A DNA stretch of 64,000 bases from Eledone cirrhosa (GCA_964016885.1 OZ024743.1:237212001-237276000), one strand, 5' to 3'; numbered from the stretch's first letter, positions 13,209-27,519 are shown. Numbers and translations are program-made. Notes: a model not told the origin generated them from the letters alone.

Positions 13209-13428
13209 TGTGGATTCTGTTCAGGACACATCTAACCTCATGGATAGAGAGAAAGCTAATATACACGCTGCCCAGAGTAGGGCGAAATCACGTGTTATTT
13301 GCATCAAATAACGGCTCTCGTGGATTGGGGAAAATGCTAGAGAGGGCAGCCCAACCATTCGAATTTATTAGCTCAACAATTTGGAGCTCGTTAAGTACTA
13401 GGATCGGAATTAAGAGTATTCCGCAGTT

Positions 13429-13517
<89 letters not shown>

Positions 13518-13949
13518 GGGCGGTAGAAGCATGTCTGAATTGGGGCAGGGTCCAAATTTGGACAATTTACACGTACTCTAAAATGGTCAGAAAACTTCGA
13601 TTTGCGATAAACATAACATATACATAAAATGTTTAGACGCTAAGTATGTTGAATAATCAACAAATTAAATAACTCATTGTTTATATATATATATATATAC
13701 ATTTATCATGGGTATTGCTGAGCTTTGTTACTCTAAACTTTCACCTGTGCACTCACAGGATCACCAGTCTTGTCAGGTAAGACTCCAGTGTAATAAGGCT
13801 TAGTCATAATAAAAGAATATTTAAACTCTACTTCTGTATTGAGTATTCATTCTTACGTCTGTCAATAATTCACATACCCTTAAGTCTTGAATAACCCCCC
13901 CCCCCCGCTTATTAATTTTTCAGACCCCCCCCCCCACCCCAGTTTTTAT

Positions 13950-14370
13950 TCCAATCTCTTCCCCTGTCTATCTCTACTACACACAACGCTCTTCCAATAC
14001 TCCTCTCTATAACAATTAACACCAAACTCTCCCCCTCTCTATATCTATCAACAACTATTTCTATCAATCTTCTCACTCTATTCAGTACAACCAAACTCTC
14101 CCCTTCTCTACCTCAACCATACAACATACTCTCCCAATCTATATCTACTACACAGAACTCTCTCCCAATCCCCTTCTTTATATCAATTTACACCAAACTC
14201 TCCACCTCTCTATACCTACTACACGGCACTCTCCCATTATCCCTCTCTGTATATCTACAACCACCAAATTCTCCCCCTCTCTGTATCTAATAGACGGAAC
14301 TCTCTTCCAATCCCCCTCTCTATATCAATTACCACCAAACTCTCCCCCTCTCTATATCCATATCTATCTC
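13950..14370. repeat. Degenerate pyrimidine-rich tandem repeat
   Basis: Recurrent CACCAAACTCTCCCCCTCTCTATATCTA-like units. Confidence 0.7.
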
Positions 14371-14449
14371 ACCCAGCTATCTCTACATGTACATAAATTG
14401 TAGCGCATATACAAATAGATGCCTGTTTAGGTAGTTTGGGGAGAAAAAT

Positions 14450-15657
14450 ATAATTATTAGGGGAAGGCCAACCTGATGCAAGACCTGAGGCCAGGGATCC
14501 ATAGTTGTCGTCAGTGTGTGAAGGAGTGCAAGTCGCTAGCGGGATTGAAAAGCCATATCCGAGTGTCACACATCTGAATCTGGCAAGCGCAATTGCAATA
14601 CTCTTAGCAGAGTTTGCAGCCATCATGTATGTATGTTTATGTATGTATGTATGTACGTATGTTTAGTCGCCAACGACCCGACCATGGGACAGGTTGTACT
14701 GGAATACATGTTACCAGTATAGCACCAACTGTTGACCTGACAAAGGACAAAGGAGCTCTTAAGAGTCAATGGCCATCCAAAATCACCGGGAGAGATGATC
14801 CCTTAGCATTTGTCAAGGCAGAATTCTAGGAGAAGGAAAACTCTGATATAACACCTGCAACCCTGATGGTATCCAATGATGTTGACTTGTTCTTCTTTTT
14901 GGTAAATATCATCTTGGTTAAGAGAGTGGGACTGGCTTTATGCAATGCCTTTGTTCACTATAAAAGCTTCACGGCACAGGCATTGCTTTATATCTGGAGA
15001 TCTCTCTGCACTTGTCGTCACATGGTACCATGGGCCCAGTACTATGTGTCAGTAATTGTCACAAGTGTAGTGTTTGTACCAAAGTTTTCAAGTCGCTGGC
15101 TGGACTAAAAAGTCACACTCGTTCAGCGCATCGGTAGGGGTTCTCCTATATGGATATAAAGTAGTGGCCGTACTAGAAAACGAGTTGGCAGCCACCATGT
15201 ATGTATGTATGTATATGTCCAAAAGCACCCTCCTCACCAAGTAAACTGCAGGACAAAAAAACAAACCTTACACAGGGCGGAAGAACTCATAAGTGTCAAC
15301 GACCATCCGAAAGTGTATAAATATGTATATACACATGTATCGCGCGGTTAAACCCCTGGGAGTGAAGGACCCCTAGCCTTTGTCAGGGCATTCTTCTAGG
15401 AGAAGGTAACTCAGGAAACTGGGTTAACTCCGACATAAAACCTGCGGCTCAGTAGTTACCGATGATGTTAATCTCTTCTTCTTTTCGGGTTATAGATACT
15501 GTCGCTCAGAGAGTGGGATTGGCTCAGTGCACAGTCTTTCCTCACTTTAAAAAATATCTTCACGCACAGGCATTGCACGATAGAATTAATTAATAATTAT
15601 TAATAATGGTATATCGTGCAATGGCCATACTCGATAACGAGGGGGCAGCCATCATGT
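14450..15657 (+). mobile_element. Three short non-autonomous RTE-related elements in tandem, each ending GCAGCCA(T/C)C-(ATGT)n
   Basis: Shared 3' ends at ~14625, ~15197 and ~15655; blocks TTCTAGGAGAAGG, GATGATGTT, GAGAGTGGGA, GCACAGGCATTGC match the RTE 5'UTR at 38990-39260 (-). Confidence 0.62.
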
Positions 15658-15832
15658 ATGTATGTATGTGTTTATGTATGTATGTATGTATGTATGTATG
15701 TATGTATGTATGTATGTATGTATCTACGTATGTGTGTATGTATGTATGTATGTATGTATGTATGTATGTATGTATGTATGTATGAATGTTTGTATGTATG
15801 TAGGTATGTATGTATGTATGTTTGTATGTATG
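15653..15832. repeat. (ATGT)n microsatellite
   Basis: Direct reading; also 16067-16120 and 39434-39602. Confidence 0.95.
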
Positions 15833-16399
15833 TTCTTCTGGTTTTTATAATTTCACAAATGTTTCCCAATAGAGAGAGAGTCGGTTTCTAACATAGACAC
15901 AAGACTCTCTCATTGGAATTTACACAACATCAACTAGGTAGATATGTATGTATGCATGTGTAGATATGGATGTTATTGTATGGGTGTGTATTATTTGAGT
16001 TGTATATGTGCATGTGCATATCCTTTGTATCTGTACATGTGTATATGCAGTTATTAGATACAAAATTTATGTATGTATGTATGTATGTATGTATGTATGT
16101 ATGAATGTATGTATGTATGAATGTACGTGTATGTGTGTGTATGTGCGTGCAGTGGCCCCGAACTCGTGATGTAGTCCTAGACACGCATTCATATAAGAGT
16201 AAATAAAGTATTGATTTGCAAAATAGTTTCTAGTGTAAGGGAAGTAACTCTTGTAAAAATGTAAAATAATGAATTTTTATATTATAGTGAATAGTGAGAG
16301 AATTGCAGTGGGTGGCAGTTATGGGGGAAGAAGGATGAGATTAAACACGTTTATACTGGATCTGGGCTATTAGTGACAGTATCTGTGATAAGGGTTAAT

Positions 16400-16715
16400 G
16401 TAAAATTAGAAAACAGCACAGCTCCCTTGACTTTCGGAAATATCTTGTTCATGCTCAGATTTGCTGAAGCATGGAATAAAGTCCCTGCATCAGTTATTAG
16501 CTGTCGAGACACTGCAACCTTTAAAACCTCCATGCTTCCTGAGATTCGCTAACACTACACCTAATATTCCCCCTCCATACACACGCACACATGTATATCG
16601 TGACTCATACACTGTTCACGTTCCTGACTTTTGTACATTATTCTATGTACTATACATGCACCTTTGACGACTTGTAGTGCACCTGAGCATTGTACACAAT
16701 AATTTTCATTGTCAT
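16400..16715 (+). mobile_element. 3' end of a CR1-like LINE
   Basis: Degenerate translation DFRKY..LR.AEAWNKVPASVISCRDTATFK resembles the CR1/L2 ORF2 terminal R-x-F..R...WNxLP motif; 3'UTR and ATT-rich tail follow. Confidence 0.7.
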
Positions 16716-17171
16716 TATTATATACAGAGCCATTCGTTGTTTAGAGACCAGAATCCATATCACTGTCCGTCATGGCTGTATAACGAATTGGTTGGTAACA
16801 AAACTTCATTTATCAACCAAATTCCATTCCAATGGCCTGGTCGTTATATCTTTAGAATAATAGAAAGTCAATTTCAAATGAAGGAAGACGGAAGATTCTT
16901 ATTCTTATTCAGGAATAATTACCAACTGGTATGATTGTCAAACTTTGTTCAGCAACAAAAGCCAATCTAAGGGAGAGGGAGGGAGACGGAGGCTGTGACA
17001 GTGGCAGTTTGGTTCTGGTGTATCTTTAGATATCACCAGTCAAACGATAAAGTCTTGGTTCTGGTGAATCCTTAGATATCACCTGACAAACGATAAAGTC
17101 CATGACAGCATGACATATTACCAAGTGTCAGTTTCATATCAAAGGAAATATCTGTAAAAAGACATTTAACG

Positions 17172-17885
17172 ATAATAATGATATTATTGTGTACAGTGCT
17201 CAGGTGCACTACAAGTCGTCAAAGGTGCATGTATAGTACATAGAATAATATACAAATGTCAGGAAAATGAAGAGTGTATGAGTCATGAAATACATGTGTG
17301 TGTGTATGGAGGGGGGGGGGACATCTGGTGTAGTGTTGGTGAATTTCAGGAAGCATGGAGGTTTTAAAGGATGCAGTGTCTCGACAGCTAATAACTGATG
17401 CAGGTAGTTTGTTCCATGGAAGTTTTAAAGGATGCAGTGTCTCGACAGCTAATAACTGATGCAGGTAGTTTGTTCCATGGAGGTTTTAAAGGATGCAGTG
17501 TCTCGACAGCTAATAACTGATGCAGGTAGTTTGTTCCATGGAAGTTTTAAAGGATGCAGTGTCTCGACAGCTAATAACTGATGCAGGTAGTTTGTTCCAT
17601 GGAAGTTTTAAAGGATGCAGTGTCTCGACAGCTAATAACTGATGCAGGTAGTTTGTTCCATGGAAGTTTTAAAGGATGCAGTGTCTCGACAGCTAATAAC
17701 TGATGCAGGTAGTTTGTTCCATGGAAGTTTTAAAGGATGCAGTGTCTCGACAGCTAATAACTGATGCAGGTAGTTTGTTCCATGGAAGTTTTAAAGGATG
17801 CAGTGTCTCGACAGCTAATAACTGATGCAGGGAGTTTTTTCCATGCTTCAGCAACTCTGATCGTGAAAAAATATTTCCGAAAGAC
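17172..17885 (-). mobile_element. CR1-like LINE 3' end containing an internal tandem amplification
   Basis: Reverse-complement homolog of 16430-16705. Confidence 0.72.
17354..17845. repeat. 61-bp tandem repeat x8
   Basis: Unit CATGGAAGTTTTAAAGGATGCAGTGTCTCGACAGCTAATAACTGATGCAGGTAGTTTGTTC. Confidence 0.95.
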
Positions 17886-18529
17886 TAATAGAAACACTAT
17901 GTATTTTAATAACGGTAAATTTGTTTCAATCACAAAACTCTTAAAAACACAAAAACAGCTTGTTTTTTAGACTCCCCTCGGTCACGAATGACCTAGAAAG
18001 TTCCCCCTCCCAGGCACAAGCCAGGGCAAGGTGTGTTTGTGGAAGACCAGTAGTTACCCATGTATACCAGCCTCCCCTCTCCCCGCCACTGATGTTGTCC
18101 AAGGGAAAGGCAAAGGCTGACACAGCTTGGCACCAGTGACATCACACCTCATTTCTACAGCTGAGTAAACTGGAGCAACGTGAAATAAAGTGTCTTGCTC
18201 AAGAACACAATGTAGTTAGAAAAAGCTATCTCACTTACCGCTTTTCACAGGCGCCGCTAAATTCCACTGCAGGTACTCCTCTTCCACGTGCGTCCGACTG
18301 CTTAACACCGGGAGCTGCCCAAAACTCGCGTCCACACCGTGTGCTGGTCACCACTAGAGAGAGGCCCTCTGCTGGCCCTTCCGGTCGAGCATCCTTCCGG
18401 CCAAAAACCCCTTCCGGTCGAGCACTCAAAAACCCCTTCCGGTCGAGCACTCCCCCCGCCTCCGGCCACCGCACGCCACACCATACCCACACGCCCCCCT
18501 GATCTCAAGGATCAATTTCCCCCTCGTCC

Positions 18530-19295
18530 CTCTGCATATGAAAGTCTGCTGTCCAGGTCGGTGGTCTACGACTTCGTTGCGATCTTCGTAGTATTGGGGC
18601 AGAGCTCTGGGTTTCCACCTCATCTTGGGTTTCCTCTTCCTCGGAGTCCGTCGACACAGTGATTCTTCTTACATCCAGGACATGACGTGGTACCCCGTCC
18701 ACGGACACATTGTTCTTTGAATTTACGGCCGTCACCGTTCCCCTTCCCCATTGAGATGTGCAACGTGCATCTGGGGGCTTAACCCAGACTTCTTCGCCCA
18801 CCTGCACGAATGCACTCTCTCTCTCCCCACTGGCCGTTGTGGTGGCGTGCACGGGTGCCGCCACTCGTATTTGAATACTGCTCTATGTGGCACCGATTCC
18901 TCGACCTGTCCAACCCGAGGGGACATCCACACCGTGCGTTCGCATTCCGCCTGGTAACCAGCCAACATAGCCAACCGCCTTATTTCCGCTGCGAAAATGT
19001 CGACGCGCTCACCATTCCACCTGATTCTCGCCAGCTTAGCAAAAGCCGCCAACGGTCCCTCGGCGAATGCATCCATCAGACGCCTCTCAATCTTCTGCAC
19101 ATCTCTTTGGCTGTGCTCGTCCAACTCAAGGAAGAGTACCAGCGCGTCGCCCTCGAGGTACAATGCCATGGGGCCGGCCACGTCTTCTATCTTCTGCAAG
19201 CCCGCGACCAGCCGAACCTTCCGCAGCCAAGCGACAACAACACCTTCCCCGATGAATGCCCTGATAGCTTCGTTCATCCGTAGTCTTGTCGCCAT
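18530..19295 (-). pseudogene. gag N-terminus fused to integrase C-terminus
   Basis: FIGEGVVVAWLRKVRLVA..LYLEGDAL..GERVDIFAAEIRRLA, then VGEEVWVKPPDARCTSQW..VDGVPRHVLDVR..LRRSQRSRRPP; protease, RT and RNase H absent. Confidence 0.75.
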
Positions 19296-19358
19296 CTTCT
19301 GATTTGTTTTGCGGCAAAAGTGTTTTCTTTTTTTTTTATTTTTTTTTTTTTTTCAGTC

Positions 19359-19370
19359 GCCGAAATAGCT
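19359..19370 (-). promoter_or_regulatory. Putative non-canonical primer-binding site AGCTATTTCGGC (complement of tRNA-Phe nt 1-12)
   Basis: Directly abuts the 5' LTR end; the same 12-mer follows the LTR at 42900-42911. Confidence 0.72.
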
Positions 19371-20394
19371 TGTAGTTAGAAAAAGCTATCTCACTTACCG
19401 CTTTTCACAGGCGCCGCTAAATTCCACTGCAGGTACTCCTCTTCCACGAGCGTCCGACTGCTTAACACCGGGAGCTGCCCAAAACTCGCGTCCACACCGT
19501 GTGCTGGTCACCACTAGAGAGAGGCCCTCTGCTGGCCCTTCCGGTCGAGCATCCTTCCGGCCAAAAACCCCTTCCGGTCGAGCACTCCCCCCGCCTCCGG
19601 CCACCGTACGCCACACCATACCCACACACAACACGTCGCCAGGCCCGGGATTCGAACTCACAACCTTACGAGTGTGACCCCAACTATCTAACCACTAAGC
19701 TATGCACCTTCGCCATAAAAGAAAAGTATTTACTGAATAAACAACATACACAGTGAAGACTTCTGGTGTCCTTGGCCATGGGACCAACACCACTGGCTTC
19801 TGGTATCCTTGGACCACCACCATACTCACCACCATTGGCATGGAGTTGGCCCCCAGTTGCTTATAATAGTGAGAGATGGGGTGGGGACAGAGGTAGTGAG
19901 TGAAAGAGAGAGATGGGGAGAGTGAGAGAAACGAAAGTAGTGAGTGAAAGAGAGAAGTGGAGAGAGTGAGAGAGACAGAGGTAGTGAGTGAAAGAGATGG
20001 GGAGAGTGAGAGAGAACATCAACACAGTTGATAACACAACAATTGATGTATTGAGTACCTTTGTGACATGCGCTAATGAATATATCACACACAGAAATAT
20101 GTAAATAATAAATTAACATTGACAAGCGATAGCGGCTGTTAACCCTTTCTCTAACCAGCTCGCCAACTCCAGACTCGGGTGTGTATGTGTGTGTATGTGT
20201 GTATATGTATACGGTTCCTCATACACACATAATCTATTTGAAGTTACAGTGATATAAAATTTACCATTAAAAGTTTAGCTGTATTTAAGTTTAGCTGTGT
20301 TCAAAACAGAGAACTGTTTATACTGAAATGTTATTTACAATTCTATAAATAACATTACAAATTGTTCACAATTCTCTAACAATGAAAATATAAA

Positions 20395-21075
20395 TATATA
20401 TAATAAATATACAACTAACTATTGCTAGGCATCTCACAACTATAACTTATATAATATATACAACTAACTATTGCTAGGAACCTCACAACTATAACATATA
20501 TAATAAATACAACTAACTATTGCTAGGAACCTCACAACTATAACATATATAATAAATACAGCTAACTATTTTTGTGAACCTCACAACTATAACATAATTA
20601 TTTCTACATTTGGCACAAGGGCAGCAAATACCCAGTGTATTACTGGTACTTTAATTTATCGACCCCGTAAGGATGAAAGGCAAAGTTGACCTCGGCAGGA
20701 ATTGAACTCAGACTGTAAAGACCGTAACTCTTTGCTGCAAAGCATGGTGTCCGACCTTCTACCGATACTGCCAATCCATAACATATAATAAAAACAATTA
20801 ACTATTGCTAGGAACCTCACAACTATAATATATATTATAAACACAGTCAACTATTACTAGGAACCTCACAACTATAATATAAATAATAACTACAGTCAAC
20901 TATTACTAGGAACCTCACAACTATAATATAAATAATAACTACAGTCAACTATTACTAGGAACCTCACAACTATAATATAAATAATAACTACAGTCAACTA
21001 TTACTAGGAACCTCACAACTATAATATAAATAATAACTACAGTCAACTATTACTAGGAACCTCACAACTATAACA
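20395..21075. repeat. ~46-49-bp AT-rich minisatellite interrupted by a family A SINE (20597-20780, -)
   Basis: Unit ACAGTCAACTATTACTAGGAACCTCACAACTATAATATAAATAATAACT. Confidence 0.88.
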
Positions 21076-21169
21076 CACCAATATATATGATCAGTGTGAG
21101 AGAAAGGAAAAAAGGAGATAATAAAAACAGAATCCACCATCAATTCGCCGCCAAGTTTGACAATTGGCT

Positions 21170-24100
21170 GCACACAGCACGGCACCACATCACATCACGC
21201 GACACCACACTAAACCACATTACACCACACTACACCACATCACATCACACTACACCATACTACACCACACTACACTACACCACACTACACCACGCTGCAC
21301 CGAACCACACCACATCACACTAAACCGCACCGCACCACATGAAATCATGCGACACCACACAACACCACACTACACCATATCACATCACACTACACCACAC
21401 TACACCACACTACACCATATCACATCACACTACACCATACTACACCACACCACACCACTACATCACATCACACTACACCACATCACATCACACTACACCA
21501 TACTACACCACACTACACTACACCACACTACATCACACTACACCACACTACACCACACTACACCGCACTACACCGCACCACATCACATCACACTACAACA
21601 CACTACACCACAACACACCACATCACACTACATCACACTACACTACACCACATCACACTACATCACACTACACCACACTACATCACACTACAGCGCACCA
21701 GACCACATCACACTACATCACACTACACCACACCACACTACATCACACTACATCACACTACACCACACCAGACCACACCACACCACACCACACCACACTA
21801 AACCACACCACACCACACCACACTACACCTCACTACACCACACCACACCTCACCACACTACACCACACTGCATTACGCCACACTACACCGCACCAAAATA
21901 CACCACACTACACCACACTACACCACACTACACCACACTACACCACACCACACTACACCACACTACACCACACCACACTACACCCCACCACACTACACCA
22001 CACTACATGACACCACACTATATCACACCACGTCACACCACACCACACTAAACCACACTACACCACACCACACTACACCACACTACACTACACCACACTA
22101 CATGACACCACACTATATCACACCACGTCACACCACACCACACTAAACCACACTACACCACACCACACTACACCACACTACACTACACCACACTACATCA
22201 CACCACGTCACACCAGACCACACCACATCACACTACAACACACCAACCGCACCACACTACACCACACTACACTACACTACACCATCCACACTACACCACA
22301 CTACACTACAGTACACCAAACTACACCACACCACACCACACTACTCCACACTACAGCACTCCACACCACACTACACCGCGCTAAAGCACACCACACCACA
22401 CTACACCGCGCTAAAGCACAGCACACCACACTACACCACACTACACCACACTACACCACACTACACCACACCACACCACACCACACTACACCACACCACA
22501 CCGCACCGCACCACACTACACTACACCACACTACATCACACCACACCGCATCACACTACACCACACTACACCACACTACACCACACCACACTACACCACA
22601 CTACACTACACCACACCACAATACACCACACCGCACTACACCACACCACACTACACTACACTACACTACACCACACTACACTACACTACACCACACCACA
22701 CCACACCACACTACACTACACCACACCACACTACACCACACCGCACTACACCACACCACACTACACGACGCTACACTACACTACACACTACACCACACTA
22801 CACTACACCACACCACACCACACTACACTATACCACACCATACTACACCACACCACACTACACCACACCACACTACACCACACTACACCACACCAGACCA
22901 CACCACACTACACCACACTACACCAGTCCAGACTACACCACACTACACTACACTACACTACACTACACCACACTACACTACACCACACCACACGACACTA
23001 CACTACACCACACCACACTATAAGACACCACACTACACTACACTACACCACACTACACTACACCACACTACACCACACCACACCACACTACACTACGCTA
23101 CACCACATCACACTACACCACACCACACTACACTACACCACACTACACCACACCACACTACACTACACCAGACTACACTACACTACACCACACCACGTCA
23201 CACCACACCACACCACATCACACTGGAACACACCAACCGCACCACACTACACCACACCACAGCACACTACACCACACTACACCACTCTACACCAGTCCAG
23301 ACTACACTACACACTATACAATACTACACTACACCACACCACACCACACTACACTACACTATGCCACACCATACTACACCATACTACACCACACCACACT
23401 ACACCACACTACAACACACCACACCAGACCACACCAGACAACACCACACCACACTACACCACATTACACCAGTCCACTACACTACACTACACTATACCAC
23501 ACTATACCACACCACACTACACCACACCACACTACACTACACTACACTACACCACACTACACTACACCACACCACACCACACTACACTACACCACACCAC
23601 ACAACACCACACCACACTACACCACACTACACCACACTACACCACTGCACACCACACTACACCACATAACATCACACCAGACCACACCACACCGCACCAC
23701 ACTACACCACACTATACCACACCACACTACACCTCACTACACCACACCAAACCACACCACACTACACCACACCACGTCACTCCACACCTAACCACACTAC
23801 ACCACACTACATCACACCACACCGCATCACACTAGACCACACTACACCACACTACACCACACCACACTACACCACACTACACTACACCACACCACAATAC
23901 ACCACACCGCACTACACCACACTTCACCACACTACACCACACCACACTACACCACATTCCACGACACTACATTACGCTACACTACACTACACCACACTAC
24001 ACTACACCAAACCATACCACACCACACCACACCACACTACACTACACCACACCACACTACACCACACCACACCACACTACACCCCACCACACTACACCAC

Positions 24101-27100
24101 ACTACACAACACCACACTGCACCACACCACATCACACCACACCACACCACACTACACCGCACTACACCACACCACACTACACCACACTACACTATACCAC
24201 ACTACACCATACCACATCACACTACAACACACCAACAGCACCACACTATACCACACTACACCACAACACACTACATCACACTATACCACACCACATCACA
24301 CTACACCACACCACATCACACCACTCTACACCACACTACACTACACCACATCGCGCTACACTACACTACACTACACTACACTACTCTACACCACACCACA
24401 CTACACTACATCACACTACACTATATTACACTACACTAGACTACACTAACATTACACCACACCACATCACACCACATCACACCACACCACACCACACCAT
24501 ACTACACTACACTACACCAAACTACACCACACTATACCACTCCACACCACACTACCCCACACCACACTACACTACACTACACCACACCACAGTACACCAC
24601 ACAACACTACACTACACTATACCACACTACACTACAACACACCACACCACACCACACCACACTACACTACACTACACCACACTACACCACACCACACTAC
24701 ACGACAGTACACTACACTACACTACGCTATACTACACTACACTACACCACACTACACCACACCACACCACACCACACCACACCACACCACACTACACTAC
24801 ACCACACTACACCACACCACACTACACCACACAACACTACACCAAACTACACCACACCAGACCAAACCAGACCACACCACTCCACACTACACCACACTAC
24901 ACCACACTACAACACATCACACCACACTACACCACACCCGTCACACCACACCACACTACACCACACCACACTACACCACACTACACCACGCCACACCACG
25001 TCACACCAGACCACACCAGACCACACCACATCACACCACACTACACTACACCACACCACACCACACCACACCACACACAACTACACTACACTACACCACA
25101 CTACACCACACCACACTACACTGCACCACACTACACCACACCACACTACACTACACCACACTACACTACACTACACCCACCACACCACACTACACCACAC
25201 CACACTACACCACACTACACCACACCACACCACGTCACACCAGACCACTCCAGACCACACCACATCACACACACTACACCACACCACACCACACTACACC
25301 ACACTACTCTACACTACACTACACGACACTACACTACACTACAACACACCACACTACACTACACCTCACTACACTATGCTACACTACACTAGACTACACT
25401 ACACTACACTACACTACACTACACCACACCACATCACATCACACCACACCACACCACACCACACTACACTACACTACACTACATTACACTACACTACACC
25501 ACACTACACCACACTACACCTCACCACACCACACTACACCACACTACACCACACTATACCACACCACACTACACCACACCACACTACACTATAATACACT
25601 ACACCACATCACACTACACCACACCACATTACACTAGACTACACCACACCACACCACACCACACCACACCACACCAGACTACACTACACCACACCACACT
25701 AAAACACACTACACAACACTACACTACACTACACTACACTACACACTACACTACATTACACTACAGCACAGCACACCACACCACACTACACTACACTATA
25801 CCACACCACACTACACCTCACCACACTACACCACACCACCACTACACCACACCACGTCACACCAGACCACACAACACCACACCACACTACACCACACTAC
25901 ACCACACCACACCACATCACACTACATCACACTACACCACACCACATCACATCACACTACACCACACCACACTACATCACACTACACCACACCACATCAA
26001 ACTACAGCACACTACACCACACCACATCACACCACACCACACCACACCACACTACACCACACCACACTACACTACACCACACTACACTACACTACACTAC
26101 ACCACACCACACCACACTACACCACACTACACTACACCACACTAAACCACACCATGTCACCCCAGACCACACCAGACCACACCACATCACACCACACTAC
26201 ACCACACCACACTACCCCACACTACACTACACTACACTACACCACACCACACCACATCACACCACACCACACCATACTACACTACGTTACACCACACTAC
26301 ACCACACTACACCAGACCACACCACACTACACCACACTACACCACACCACACTACATCACACTACACCACACCACATCACACTACATCACACTACACCAC
26401 ACCACATCACACCACACTACACCACACTACACCACACCACACTACACTACACCACACTACACTACACCACACTACACTACACTACACTACACTACACTAC
26501 ACTACACTACACTACACTACACTACACTACACTACACTAACACTACACTACACCACACCACACTACACCACACCACACCACGTCTCACCACACCACACCA
26601 CGCTACACCATACCACAGCACACCACAAAACATCATACCACACCACATAACACCACACCACACCACATCACACCATACCACACCACACTACACCACACCA
26701 TACCACACCACACCACACCACATCACACCATACCACACCACACTACACCACACTATACCACACCACACTACACCACACTACACCACACCACACCACATCA
26801 CACCACACCAGACCACACCACACCACACCACATCACACCACACCACATCACACCACACCACCACCAGACCACACCACCACCACACCACACCACCACACCA
26901 CCAGACCACACCACCACACCACACCACACTACACCACACTACAACACTCTACACCACACCACACACCACACCACACCACACCACACCACAACACATCACA
27001 CCACACCACACCACACCAAACCACACCACACTACACCACACCACATAACACCACACTACACCAAACCACACCACACCACACTACACCACACCAAACCACA

Positions 27101-27160
27101 CTACACCACACTACACCACACCACCCTACACTACACCACACCACGCTACACCACACCTCA
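21170..27160. repeat. ~6-kb pentanucleotide satellite (CACAC/CACTA/CATCA)n
   Basis: Direct reading. Confidence 0.97.
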
Positions 27161-27390
27161 AAAGTCAACAGAATTTTTTGAGGCAAGCCAACACTCTGGT
27201 TGAATTACCACAAGTGACGGCGAGGCTAAGGTGCTGAAACAACCGAGCACCGTCACGGGCATCACCTGACACCTCAGTAAGGTGAGCCACCAGCGAAGAC
27301 AAGAACTTTGCTGTCAGCGGCCCAATTCCACCAACTGTCTCGAATACTACAGACTGGAAAAATAATTGTTTTATAGGAGAGAAATATATA

Positions 27391-27510
27391 TACTGAGAGG
27401 TGCTGAAAAGTTCCTGGCTTAAGTAAAAGGAAATACAAGAGGATCAGTTAATTATGATTTTATTCAACATATTCCCCTCTCGGGTTCACACTTATTGCAG
27501 CGGTCCTTCC
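27391..27510 (-). mobile_element. Mariner-like transposon 3' end remnant
   Basis: Minus strand encodes KDRCNKC..RGEYVE*, like mariner transposase C-termini, then a TIR-like end at TA. Confidence 0.6.
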
Positions 27511-27519
27511 TACCCTGTA

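Larger units (their letters stand above)
18211..19626 (-). mobile_element. Internally deleted Gypsy-type LTR retrotransposon (1416 bp), 5-bp TSD CACAA
   Basis: LTRs 18211-18491 and 19371-19626 (TG..CA; two substitutions plus one 25-bp unit difference); CACAA at 18206-18210 and 19627-19631; PPT AGGGGGGCG before the 3' LTR. Confidence 0.92.
17970..19712 (-). mobile_element. tRNA-derived SINE, family B, split by the LTR element (17970-18210 and 19627-19712)
   Basis: A-box TAGCTTAGTGG and B-box GTTCGAATCC on the minus strand at 19645-19703; body TTGAGCAAGACACTTTATTTCA resumes left of 18210; homologs at 35803 and 60870. Confidence 0.8.

Noticed and set aside
15616-16184. MYVC / HTYI / YIYI ORFs here and at 11150, 13169, 39397, 40635 and 62394
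   Set aside because: Microsatellite translations.
21164-26540. His/Thr-rich ORFs (also 56436-57764)
   Set aside because: Translations of pentanucleotide satellite.
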